A program made the position numbers and the translations under genes. This document shows positions 53,837 to 62,490 of a stretch of 64,000 bases of DNA, one piece after another. The notes under the pieces are model-generated. The model saw only the letters and a program-made list of their open reading frames with translations, did not search any database and was not told the origin of the DNA. Each line of letters opens with the position of its first letter. Within the stretch, counting starts at the first letter, position 1. The DNA is from an uncultured delta proteobacterium (GTDB lineage Bacteria; Desulfobacterota; Binatia; UBA9968): NCBI GenBank assembly GCA_963745035.1, contig CAVUVW010000021.1:32001-96000 (forward strand). The letters are read 5' to 3'.

Positions 53837-54850
53837 ATGTATCAGATCTTTCTTTTTTTTTCTTCTTGCCCTTTCTCTTTCGTTTGGGTGGAGTTGCAGC
53901 CCACAAAAGATTCGGAAAAGCTCGCTGAAGTTGATGGAACCATCATCACGCGAGCTGAAATCGATCGGGCCGGCGGAAAGCAACTGCAAAATCTGCGGCA
54001 GCAACTCTATCAGTTAGAGCGACAAAAGCTTAATGAATACATTGGCGCTACTCTCCTATCACGAGAGGCTAAAGCGCGAGGTGTTTCGGTCGCCACACTT
54101 ATGGAGCAGGAAGTGAGCGCCAAAATTCCCGCGGTTTCGGAAGACGACATTCGAACATTCTACGAAACAAATAAAGCACGCATCGGCGTCGAGCTGGACA
54201 AAGTCCATGATCAGATCCGGGATTATCTTAACGAGCAAAGAGCTATGGAAAGGAAGAACGAATATTTTAAGGCGCTCGGTACTAGAGCGAAGGTCACGAA
54301 TTATTTAAAGCCGCCGCCGATTCATCGAGCTGAAGTTGAACTAAATGGCTCGCCAGCAAAAGGCGCCGACAAGGCGCAGGTCACGATCGTAAAGTTTGAA
54401 GATTTCGAGTGTCCCTTCTGCAGGAACGTGCAGCCTGCGCTAACTGAAGTGCTGAAGAAGTACAACGGTAAGATACGGATCGTTCACAAAGATCTGCCAT
54501 TGCAGGCGATTCATCCGCAGGCACAATTGGCCGCGGAAGGGGCGCGCTGCGCAGGCGATCAGGGCAAATTTTGGGAGTATCATGATACGCTCTATGCAAA
54601 AGCACCGAAGCTCGCTGCGACCGATTTGAAGACTTACGCCAAAGATATGGGACTCGACTCGGGGAGGTTCGATCAGTGCCTCACGGGCGGCAAGTACAAA
54701 GCGGCGGTTCAAAACGATTTATCCGAAGGCGCCAAGCTCGGGCTTACGGGCACGCCGACGTTTTTCATCAACGGCAGGGAAATTTCCGGAGCTTTGCCGG
54801 TGGAGTCGTTTGCTGCGATCATTGACGAGGAGCTAGGCCAGGCGCAGTAG
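53837..54850 (+). CDS. DsbA-family thiol oxidoreductase with SurA-like N-terminal domain
   Basis: FEDFECPFC, GTPTFFING; N-terminal LAEVDGTIIT helical region. Confidence 0.9.
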   Translation: MYQIFLFFSSCPFSFVWVELQPTKDSEKLAEVDGTIITRAEIDRAGGKQLQNLRQQLYQLERQKLNEYIGATLLSREAKARGVSVATLMEQEVSAKIPAVSEDDIRTFYETNKARIGVELDKVHDQIRDYLNEQRAMERKNEYFKALGTRAKVTNYLKPPPIHRAEVELNGSPAKGADKAQVTIVKFEDFECPFCRNVQPALTEVLKKYNGKIRIVHKDLPLQAIHPQAQLAAEGARCAGDQGKFWEYHDTLYAKAPKLAATDLKTYAKDMGLDSGRFDQCLTGGKYKAAVQNDLSEGAKLGLTGTPTFFINGREISGALPVESFAAIIDEELGQAQ

Positions 54851-54863
54851 GGCTCCTGTCGCC

Positions 54864-56489
54864 ATGGACCGTGCAACGGCCGGCTTCGATCTCAAGTTTT
54901 CCAAATCATTTATACTTTGGGCTACAGTTCTCGCGACGCTGCTCGGCGCGGCGGCGATCTGGAGCACCAATAAACAGGCGCTCGGTCTCTTTCACGATGA
55001 CGGCATCTATGTCGTCGTCGCCAAGGCTATCTCCCAAGGCGACGGCTACCGCGTCATCAGCCTTCCGACCTCGCCGCCGCAGACCAAGTACCCGTTTCTC
55101 TATTCTTATCTGCTTTCCTGGCTCTGGTCTTTAAACCCGGTATTCCCCGGCAACATCCTTCTGCTGAAGTCATTCAACGTTGCCGTCTTGGTAGCGATCT
55201 TTTTAATAGCTCTCGGGTTTTACCGCCGCGTTTTCCCGGCGGCCGCAATCGGCGCCCTCGTATTTGGCGTATTAGTCTGCACCAACCCGATCGTATTTAC
55301 CTACACGGACTATGTGGTCAGCGATCTTTTGTTTGTTTTGCTCGCGCTGGCGGCGCTATTTGTCTCGCGGGGAAGGATGGATTCGACTACGGGTGTGCTG
55401 CGCCTCGCCGTGATTGGCGGGTTGGCGTGTCTTGCTCGGCTTGCTGCCGCTCCCGTGGTCTTGGGTGGGGCGGCGGTGTCATTTGTGCGCCGCGGCGCGC
55501 ATGGATTAGGTTGTTTCATTTGCGCCGTCATCGTGCTGATTACGCCGTGGATCTACTGGGTTTGGACGCGGCCCCCTGCATCGGCGCATTCTCTGCTCGG
55601 CTACTACAGCGCCTACGATTTTTCTTCCCGCGGGTCAGGCGGAGTAGGGGAGTGGCTCGCGGGGAACGCCGCGATTGTATCCGGGAATGCACGCTACCTG
55701 CTGGGAAGCCTCGACTTGCTCTACCTCTTGCCGCTCATGCCGGCGTTGGCTCCCTTTGTCGCGGGACTGACTTTGCTCGGCATGGTGATATCGCGGCGTA
55801 CCGAGGATTTTTTCGGCTGGATTTTTTTCTTTTCGTCTTTGGCGCTTTTGCTTCTATGGCCCTTTCATCCTGGACGCTATGTGGCGCCGCTTGTGCCGTT
55901 GCTCGTTTTGTTCCTTTTTCGGGGCATGGCGGCGGCCGAGGGCTGGCTCGGCTCGCGTGGAGGAGAGTACCCATTCAAGGGTCTGGTGAGAAAGCTTGCG
56001 TGGCTTCCGGCCGTGCTTCTTTTGCTGCTCAACGGCGTGTGGCTCTCAAGCTATTTGCTGATCCGCGACGAACAGACGACGCGCAGCGTCTACGGCAGCC
56101 GGGTGCCGTATGGCTGGCAGGGGTTCGAGGAGAGCTTTGCCTGGATTCGCCAAAACTCAGCCGTCAGTGCTCGGCTCGCCACGGCTTACGATCCGATGTA
56201 TTTCCTCTACACGGGGCGCCAGGCGATCCGCCCGGCGCTGCATCGATCGGCCACTTATTTTTACCCCTATGGCCTTGCCAAGCCCGACGTCGGCTCCGCG
56301 GCCGAAATCAGAACCGAGATCGATGCCTTTAGCATCGATTACCTGATCATCGATCCGCTGGACGGCTACGCGGAAGGGAAAGCGACGATCCAATTAATCG
56401 AGGAACTGGTTGCTTCCTACGGTGACAAAGCCAGAAAGGTATTTACCAGCACGGACGGCAAGCATCGGATTTACGCGCTCGCGCGCTAG
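54864..56489 (+). CDS. Polytopic GT-C (ArnT/PMT-like) glycosyltransferase
   Basis: FHDDGIY diacidic loop after TM1, YPFLY, many TMs, RYVAPLVP, soluble C-terminal domain. Confidence 0.75.
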   Translation: MDRATAGFDLKFSKSFILWATVLATLLGAAAIWSTNKQALGLFHDDGIYVVVAKAISQGDGYRVISLPTSPPQTKYPFLYSYLLSWLWSLNPVFPGNILLLKSFNVAVLVAIFLIALGFYRRVFPAAAIGALVFGVLVCTNPIVFTYTDYVVSDLLFVLLALAALFVSRGRMDSTTGVLRLAVIGGLACLARLAAAPVVLGGAAVSFVRRGAHGLGCFICAVIVLITPWIYWVWTRPPASAHSLLGYYSAYDFSSRGSGGVGEWLAGNAAIVSGNARYLLGSLDLLYLLPLMPALAPFVAGLTLLGMVISRRTEDFFGWIFFFSSLALLLLWPFHPGRYVAPLVPLLVLFLFRGMAAAEGWLGSRGGEYPFKGLVRKLAWLPAVLLLLLNGVWLSSYLLIRDEQTTRSVYGSRVPYGWQGFEESFAWIRQNSAVSARLATAYDPMYFLYTGRQAIRPALHRSATYFYPYGLAKPDVGSAAEIRTEIDAFSIDYLIIDPLDGYAEGKATIQLIEELVASYGDKARKVFTSTDGKHRIYALAR

Positions 56490-56615
56490 TAGAAGCCCGG
56501 CCTGCCGGCGATCGCTTCGCGCAACTTATGAATGTGCTGGCGTGCTTCTGCTTCTGCAGCACAGGCTGACTATACTGTCTTCACGAGCAGAATTTGCGAT
56601 GCTGGCCGGAAGAAC

Positions 56616-56650
56616 AAAAAGCCGGGTGTTCGTGAAACACCCGGCTTTTT
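56616..56650. terminator. Bidirectional intrinsic terminator
   Basis: AAAAAGCCGGGTGTT...AACACCCGGCTTTTT. Confidence 0.9.
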
Positions 56651-56733
56651 GAGGGAGTGATCGAGAATGGTCGATCAGAGTTCGCCCGGATCTCCGCTAA
56701 AACTATGCGCAGCGGGCTAATCCGTAAATGAGA

Positions 56734-58159
56734 CTATATCTCGGGAATCGTGAGTTTCATGCCGATAAAGATATAATCTGGGTTTTTGACCTGGTCCTTG
56801 TTGGCTTCGTAAATTTTGTCCCACTTGAGTCCTGAGTTGTAGAATTGCTGGGCGATGCGCGCCAGGGTGTCGCCGGGCTTGACGACGTAGTGCTGAGGCG
56901 CGCCTTTATCGGCTTTGGCTGCGGGCGCCATCGCCTTCGCCGTGACAACCGGGACTTGTCTGGATACCGCTTGGATTTTCTCTTCCGTGGTGGCCGGTTT
57001 CGCTTTTGTGTCCGCTGCCGGCGCTTTGGCGCTGGCGGGGACCGCCACGGGGTCGGCCTTCGCCGCGGCTTTCGTCGCCGGTGCGCTCGCCACCGGCTCC
57101 GTCTTCGTGGCGGCTTTCGCGACTGCCGCGGATTTGTAGAGACGATCGATGAAGCCCGATCCATCCAACTCCTTCACGATGCTTGCATCAATGAACTGTT
57201 CCGGACGAGCCGCGCGCGCGGTCGGATCCTTGGCGCCGAATTCGCGCAGGATGATTTGCACGCCTTTTTGCGTCGGATAAGGCTTTTCCGGGATGAGGGT
57301 CTGAACGATCGACTCATAGGTGTCGTCCAACACTTCCTTGTCGTCCGTGCGCAGGTATTTCGCGAGCACTTCAAGGGTTTCTCTGCGATGGGTCTTGGCG
57401 TAATGAATGCCTTCGATGTATGCGCGCAGAAAATCGCGCGCCAGATCCGGCTTCGCTTTGAGCAGGGCGCGGCTGGTGGCCACGCTGGTGTGCTGGTACT
57501 CCAAGCCGAGCATTTGCAAGTCGGCGAGCATGGGATAGCCGAGCTTCTTCGCTCGCAGCGAGGTCGGCGCCGAGAGCATCGCGCCATGGATCTTTCCGGC
57601 TTCCATCGCCGCGAGGAGAGCCGGCACGTTGCCCAACTGGAGAATCGAGACTTCCTTATCGGCGTCCAAGCCGTATTTATCCAAGGCGTAGCGCATGGCG
57701 AAGTCGGTCGCGGAACCGTAACGCGTCACGCCCACGGACTTGTTCTTGAATTGGTCGGGTCGGGTGATGGTTTTGTCGGTGAATAGCTGAAATGTGAGCG
57801 TGTTCACGATGCCGGCGATCATCACCGTGTCCGCGCCGCGCAGATTGCTCTGAATAACCGCCGGTCCGGCCAGCGTGGCGAAGCTGATATCCCCCGCCAC
57901 CAGCGCTTGCGCCGTAGTCGTGCCGGACTCGATCAAGATCACCTGAACGTCCAGCCCATATCTTGCGAAAGAAACCTTTGTCCACGGTGACCCATAGAGC
58001 GGCCATGTTGCCGGATATGGAGCTGAAGGCAACGTTGATCTTTTGCAGCGGTCGATCGGCGGCGCGGGCCGTCGAGGGGCTCAAGACCAGCGTTGCGCCC
58101 ACGACTGTGGCGAAGGCTATGGCGACGCGCCACAGCCTTGTTGTGAGATGATGGATCAT
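56734..58159 (-). CDS. SsuA/NMT1-like binding protein fused to an Ala/Lys/Pro linker and C-terminal LysM (indel near 57970)
   Basis: Signal peptide and AFSSISG in ORF 57677-58159; GVTRYGS...PEQFID, linker, YVVKPGDTLARIA...NPDYIFIGMKLTIP in ORF 56734-58032. Confidence 0.88.
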
Positions 58160-58195
58160 CGATGGTTCTCCTTTTTTTGTTTGCGTTCGAGACGG

Positions 58196-58990
58196 TCATT
58201 CGCGGTTGAGTCGCACCATCGCTGCTTTCAAGCTTGCCCGCATTCTTTCAAGCGAGCGTCCCAACTCGCCGACCTCGTCGTTGGTTTGAATCGAAACCGC
58301 CGTGTCGAGCCGCCCGCGGCTGATGTCGTCCGCGACCGCTTTCAAATCCAGAATCGGCCGGATCGTTTTCGCCGCGAGCATGATCGACAAGCACACGCCC
58401 AACGCCAGGCAGGCGGCGATCAAGCCGATGATCGGCAGCAGGGTCGAGCGCACTTCGCTGCCCACGGTTTCCGCCCACAGGCCGACGCGCGCGGTACCGA
58501 GCTGGCCGTCGAGAAGCTGTGAGCGAGTCTCGTAAACCGACTTGCCGCGCAGGCGGGTGACACGCGCGGGCGCGGTGGTTCCGCCGGCGTCTTTGAGCTC
58601 AACCGGAAACGGCTGCACGCTGCTGCCGAGGATTTCGCCGCGCGGGTCCTGAATAAAAGCGTAGGCGACGCCGTCGAGGCGCCCGTATTTGGCGATCAGC
58701 GCGTCGAGCTCCAGCGCGCTCTTGCGCGAGACAAAACTGGCGGCGGCGTCGGCCAAGTTGGTGGCGATGGCGCTGGCGCGCAGGTCGACCTGCTTTTGCA
58801 GCGCATGCGCGGTGAAATAGTAGACGATGCCGATCACCAACAAGCCCAAGACCAAGATCAAACCGCTGAAGGTCACGCTGATTTTCCATCGGAGCCCGCC
58901 GCCCCGCCAGTTGATACTGACCGGCTTGGCGATTTTGGAGCTTTGCGCGGACGCAGTTTCCTGAGGCATCGATGATTTCCTCCCAAGCAA
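58196..58990 (-). CDS. Two-TM membrane sensor ending in a HAMP domain, no output domain
   Basis: IRPILDL...ISRGRLD...NDEVGELGRSLERMRASL, then stop. Confidence 0.85.
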   Translation of the reverse strand: MLGRKSSMPQETASAQSSKIAKPVSINWRGGGLRWKISVTFSGLILVLGLLVIGIVYYFTAHALQKQVDLRASAIATNLADAAASFVSRKSALELDALIAKYGRLDGVAYAFIQDPRGEILGSSVQPFPVELKDAGGTTAPARVTRLRGKSVYETRSQLLDGQLGTARVGLWAETVGSEVRSTLLPIIGLIAACLALGVCLSIMLAAKTIRPILDLKAVADDISRGRLDTAVSIQTNDEVGELGRSLERMRASLKAAMVRLNRE

Positions 58991-59004
58991 TCTTGTTCGG
59001 GGAT

Positions 59005-59799
59005 TTAGAAGCGCTTAAAGTTCGAGATCTCCTGAAACATCGATTCTTCGAACTTGTTTTTCAACTTGCCGTCGCCGATTTCACGGCCGATCAGCATGAT
59101 GAGCTCGTCGAGCTTGGCTTCCGGTAGACTGTCCCGCGATTCGCCCAGAGCTTCGATCTGATCGCGCAGCACCAGCGGCGCCATGGGACCGATCACTTCG
59201 GTCAGAATGCCGGTCACGCGGTCCAAAAGCGCCGTTGGCACGAGCTCGGCAGCCGGTCTGGAAACCGGCGCCGCGAGCTCCACGAGACCGGATTTATGCA
59301 GATTGTAAATCACCTTGGCGGTGTATGCGAAGGGAATGCGCAGGAGCTCGGCCACTTCCTGAACAGTCCGTGTGCCGTCGAGTTTGCTCAGAACCCGCCA
59401 GCCGACGTTAGGCACGGTCACCGGGCCGGTATGGTCTTCGGCCAGGTCGGCGATTTTGAAAACTGCCTTGCCGGTGGGAATCAAGTCGAGGATGATCTCC
59501 CACTCGCGCGTCATCGCTTTGACTTCGGCGAGAATCTCCTCCGCCGACTTGTGCACCGTCGCCGCGGGAGCCGCGCCGTTGGGCTGGAGATTGAACGTGC
59601 CCTCGCCCCAGGTCACGGGATACAGCAGGGCCTTTTCTCCCTCGCCGATCGGGCAGGTGGCGTGCACGATCCTGCCGTCGGTGAGAAATACTTCGACGGT
59701 TTCTTTGCCGTGGGCAAGCTTCAACACGCCCGATTTCTTGCCGGTCGTGGCGAGCAGCAGCAGATCGCTCAAGCTGATCTGAGAAAGATTGCCTTGCAT
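59005..59799 (-). CDS. DUF4388 (PATAN-like) domain protein
   Basis: MQGNLSQISLSDLL...KSGVLKL...DGRIVHA...WGEGTF; wHTH-like middle; helical C-terminus with IGPMA. Confidence 0.85.
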   Translation of the reverse strand: MQGNLSQISLSDLLLLATTGKKSGVLKLAHGKETVEVFLTDGRIVHATCPIGEGEKALLYPVTWGEGTFNLQPNGAAPAATVHKSAEEILAEVKAMTREWEIILDLIPTGKAVFKIADLAEDHTGPVTVPNVGWRVLSKLDGTRTVQEVAELLRIPFAYTAKVIYNLHKSGLVELAAPVSRPAAELVPTALLDRVTGILTEVIGPMAPLVLRDQIEALGESRDSLPEAKLDELIMLIGREIGDGKLKNKFEESMFQEISNFKRF

Positions 59800-59825
59800 G
59801 GTTCAGGTCCGCGGAAAGCAGCTTC

Positions 59826-60152
59826 CTAGCGGTCTTCGAGCGCGCGCCGCGTGTCTTTCCCGGCTTGAGTTTTTTTCGTGAGGTCGGCGAACTCGTCGTG
59901 ACCGTTCAGCGTGACTTTGAGCGTTTTGATCACCGCCAGGCTTTTGCTGATTCCGACCATCTGCTCCAAGGTGGATTTGATCTGGCTTTGCAGCAGCTCG
60001 ACTTCCTCGATGGAAATCCCCTGAAGCTGGGACTGCAGCTCGTCATAGAGCCGCGTGATGCTGTCGATCTGGCCGAGAGATTCGGCTTTTTGCGTGATGT
60101 CTTCATACAACCGCGAAATATCTTCCGTGAGGTTTTGCAAATCGTTTTTCAT
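59826..60152 (-). CDS. Small coiled-coil hypothetical protein
   Basis: Heptad-like Leu/Ile pattern rich in Q/E; operon position. Confidence 0.8.
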   Translation of the reverse strand: MKNDLQNLTEDISRLYEDITQKAESLGQIDSITRLYDELQSQLQGISIEEVELLQSQIKSTLEQMVGISKSLAVIKTLKVTLNGHDEFADLTKKTQAGKDTRRALEDR

Positions 60153-60172
60153 CGCTTTCCCCCGTTTTTTTT

Positions 60173-61504
60173 CTAGTTCTTCCGTGATGGATTTTTCGAC
60201 TTGGCATCTATCGTCGGTTCCTGTACACCGGCTTTCACGGGGGCCGGAGGATTGGACGAGGACGCCTTGAAAAAATAGATTCCTCCCAGCAACAACCCCA
60301 ATGCCGCCGCCGCCGCGATCGCGCTGGTTTTCGTGTTCAGCGATTGTCGATGCGAGTAAAGATCAACCGCGCCGTAGTCCTTGATGATACTTTTCAGCTG
60401 GCGGTCGATTTCGCCGCGCGCTCTGACGTTCGGCAACGACTGTTCGAAAGCCGGCGCGGGGGTTTCTTCTTCCGGCGCGGGAAGCGCCAACAGGCTGTCG
60501 GCGATGGGTTCCACAAACGCCGGCTCCGCGGGCGTTATCCCAAAGGGCGCCGCTTCCCGCCGCGCCACCACTGCCGGGACCAGGTTGAGCGACGACGCGC
60601 GATCCGGTATCGCGTCGATTTCCGGTGTAACGGTGGATTCCCGGAAAGCGTCTTGCGTAGGGTTTGTTTGGGGCGCAGCTGTGTCGGCCGCCGGCGCGGT
60701 GGAAAGAACAAACTCACCGTAGCTGTCGATGAGATCGCTGAGCAGCCGCTGGTCGAAATGGGTATTCTCCGCAGGCTCCTTGCCTTTCTTCTTGGCGGCG
60801 CCGGAGCTATCCGCCTGCTGCGGAGCTTGATGGCCGCGTTGCCCGATCGCGGATGCTTCTTCGAGCTTCAGATCGGCGAACTCGTAGCGGTCTTTTTTTT
60901 GAGCTCGCTCCAGCCGCGGATTCGCGACGTTCGCGGACTCTTTAGCGATGATGGTAACTTCGACCGGCGCGGGTTTGTTCGAGGCGTCGTTCTCGCTTGG
61001 AATCGGCAGCGGCTCCTCGGACCGAAACACGCGGGGCAGCGCTATGATCGATGGCGCATCCGGCATGTTGATTTGCTTTGTTCCGGTGTTCGGAAATTCG
61101 AAGGACACCGACTCTGCGCTCGCTTGAGCGGCTTTCAACAGGCGGTGCATGCGAATCAATTTTCCGGTCTGAACAATGGCCCGAAGCTGAGGATGTCTTT
61201 CCAAGTTATCGGGATCGATGACGTCGAGATCGACTTCGGGCTGCGAGCCTATCGCGGCGCTCGCGTCGCCCAATGCGTCTTTGAGCTTCGCCAGCGCGTT
61301 CAGGCGCCCTTGCAATTCTCCTAGACCCCGGATCAGGTCGGCGGCTTTGGCATGCGCCCGGCTCACCTCCTCTACCGAGAAGTCGTCTAGCCGCTGCTGC
61401 AATCCTTGGATAGAACCGAGCACCTTGCCGAAACCGCTCGCCGGCGATGGTGAATTCTCAGGTGCGGCATCGTCTGGCATTTTTCGTTGTTGAGCGGAAA
61501 GCAT
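60173..61504 (-). CDS. Hypothetical protein, mostly disordered, with a C-terminal TM anchor
   Basis: N-terminal coiled coil, Pro/Ala/Glu-rich linkers, AAAAALGLLLGGIYFF; start 61504 or 61480 given the promoter position. Confidence 0.75.
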   Translation of the reverse strand: MLSAQQRKMPDDAAPENSPSPASGFGKVLGSIQGLQQRLDDFSVEEVSRAHAKAADLIRGLGELQGRLNALAKLKDALGDASAAIGSQPEVDLDVIDPDNLERHPQLRAIVQTGKLIRMHRLLKAAQASAESVSFEFPNTGTKQINMPDAPSIIALPRVFRSEEPLPIPSENDASNKPAPVEVTIIAKESANVANPRLERAQKKDRYEFADLKLEEASAIGQRGHQAPQQADSSGAAKKKGKEPAENTHFDQRLLSDLIDSYGEFVLSTAPAADTAAPQTNPTQDAFRESTVTPEIDAIPDRASSLNLVPAVVARREAAPFGITPAEPAFVEPIADSLLALPAPEEETPAPAFEQSLPNVRARGEIDRQLKSIIKDYGAVDLYSHRQSLNTKTSAIAAAAALGLLLGGIYFFKASSSNPPAPVKAGVQEPTIDAKSKNPSRKN

Positions 61505-61564
61505 GTGCTTGCTTGCCCCTACTCTGAACGTTTGTGTCGGGGCTGGAACACCCGTAAGCAACTT

Positions 61565-61580
61565 AGCAAAACGGTTGCCA
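61565..61580 (-). promoter_or_regulatory. sigma54 -24/-12 promoter
   Basis: TGGCAACCGTTTTGCT. Confidence 0.75.
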
Positions 61581-61737
61581 CGAATGCCCGCGGAAAAAGC
61601 CGAGTATTTTCACGGAATTCAGGTAAAATTGTCTTTCGATGGCGTGATAGTTCCTCGAATTCTGTTCAGCGCGAACAAAATTGTACGCGGCAGAATGCAG
61701 CTATCTTTTTGGTTTTTATGAGGAAATAGAAGTCCGG

Positions 61738-62490
61738 CTAGCGGGGCGAGAGAACTAGGAGCTGGCGACCCACGTCCAAGCCGAAACGATAGCGGCCGAG
61801 AAAATCCATGCCGAGCAATCCTTCGTAGCGCGGATCCCGGGAGAAGTCATGGATGACGACCGGCATATCGTTGATTTCCGCTCCGCCTACTTTTAAGGAG
61901 TCGAAGTCGCGCAACGGCAACGTTGACCGCGCCGCCGACAGTATGAACGACGGCGATTGCCGATCGGGCGCAGCGACAGCAAGCCGGCAATGCGGCGAGA
62001 TAGCACCGTGTTCGTTGCGCCGGTGTCGAGTAGCAGATTGGCCGAGATGCTGCGATTGAGGGTGACGGAAACAATCGTCGAGCGCCCGGTCGAAAGCACC
62101 GGGATATTGATCGAGCCGTGCGGCGCTGCCGTCGAAGAAACGCTGGGGATCGTGACCGCCGTTGTCGCGGGCTCCGGCGGCAATGATTTGAAAAAACTCT
62201 CGACTTTTTTCGCTTGTTCGGCGCCGGCCTGCTTGATCCAGCCGACCACGCCGCTTCGGTTTTTGACGAGAAACCATTTGATGCCGCCGGCACCCTGCGT
62301 TTCGGCGATGGGAATTGCGTGCTCGCCGGCGTCCAGCGTGCCGATGGGCGAAGCGCTCTCGTCCGCCGCGGTGTACATCGGAATAGCGCGCGCAGACACC
62401 GGGCGCGGATCAATTTCGTCGCCCGCGCTCCACGCCTGCGTAAGCGCCGCCAGCGTCAAGCCGAAAACTGCGGCTGCCGCGGCGCGATAG
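61738..62490 (-). CDS. Exported SH3-like + retropepsin-like aspartyl protease (indel near 61958; start unclear)
   Basis: WFLVKNRSGVVGWI; LLLDTGAT; EGLLGMDFLGRY. Confidence 0.8.

Noticed and set aside
56538-56552. sigma54 promoter TGGCGTGCTTCTGCT before the terminator
   Set aside because: Spacing is GG-N9-GC rather than N10; only worth revisiting if reads show a missing base.
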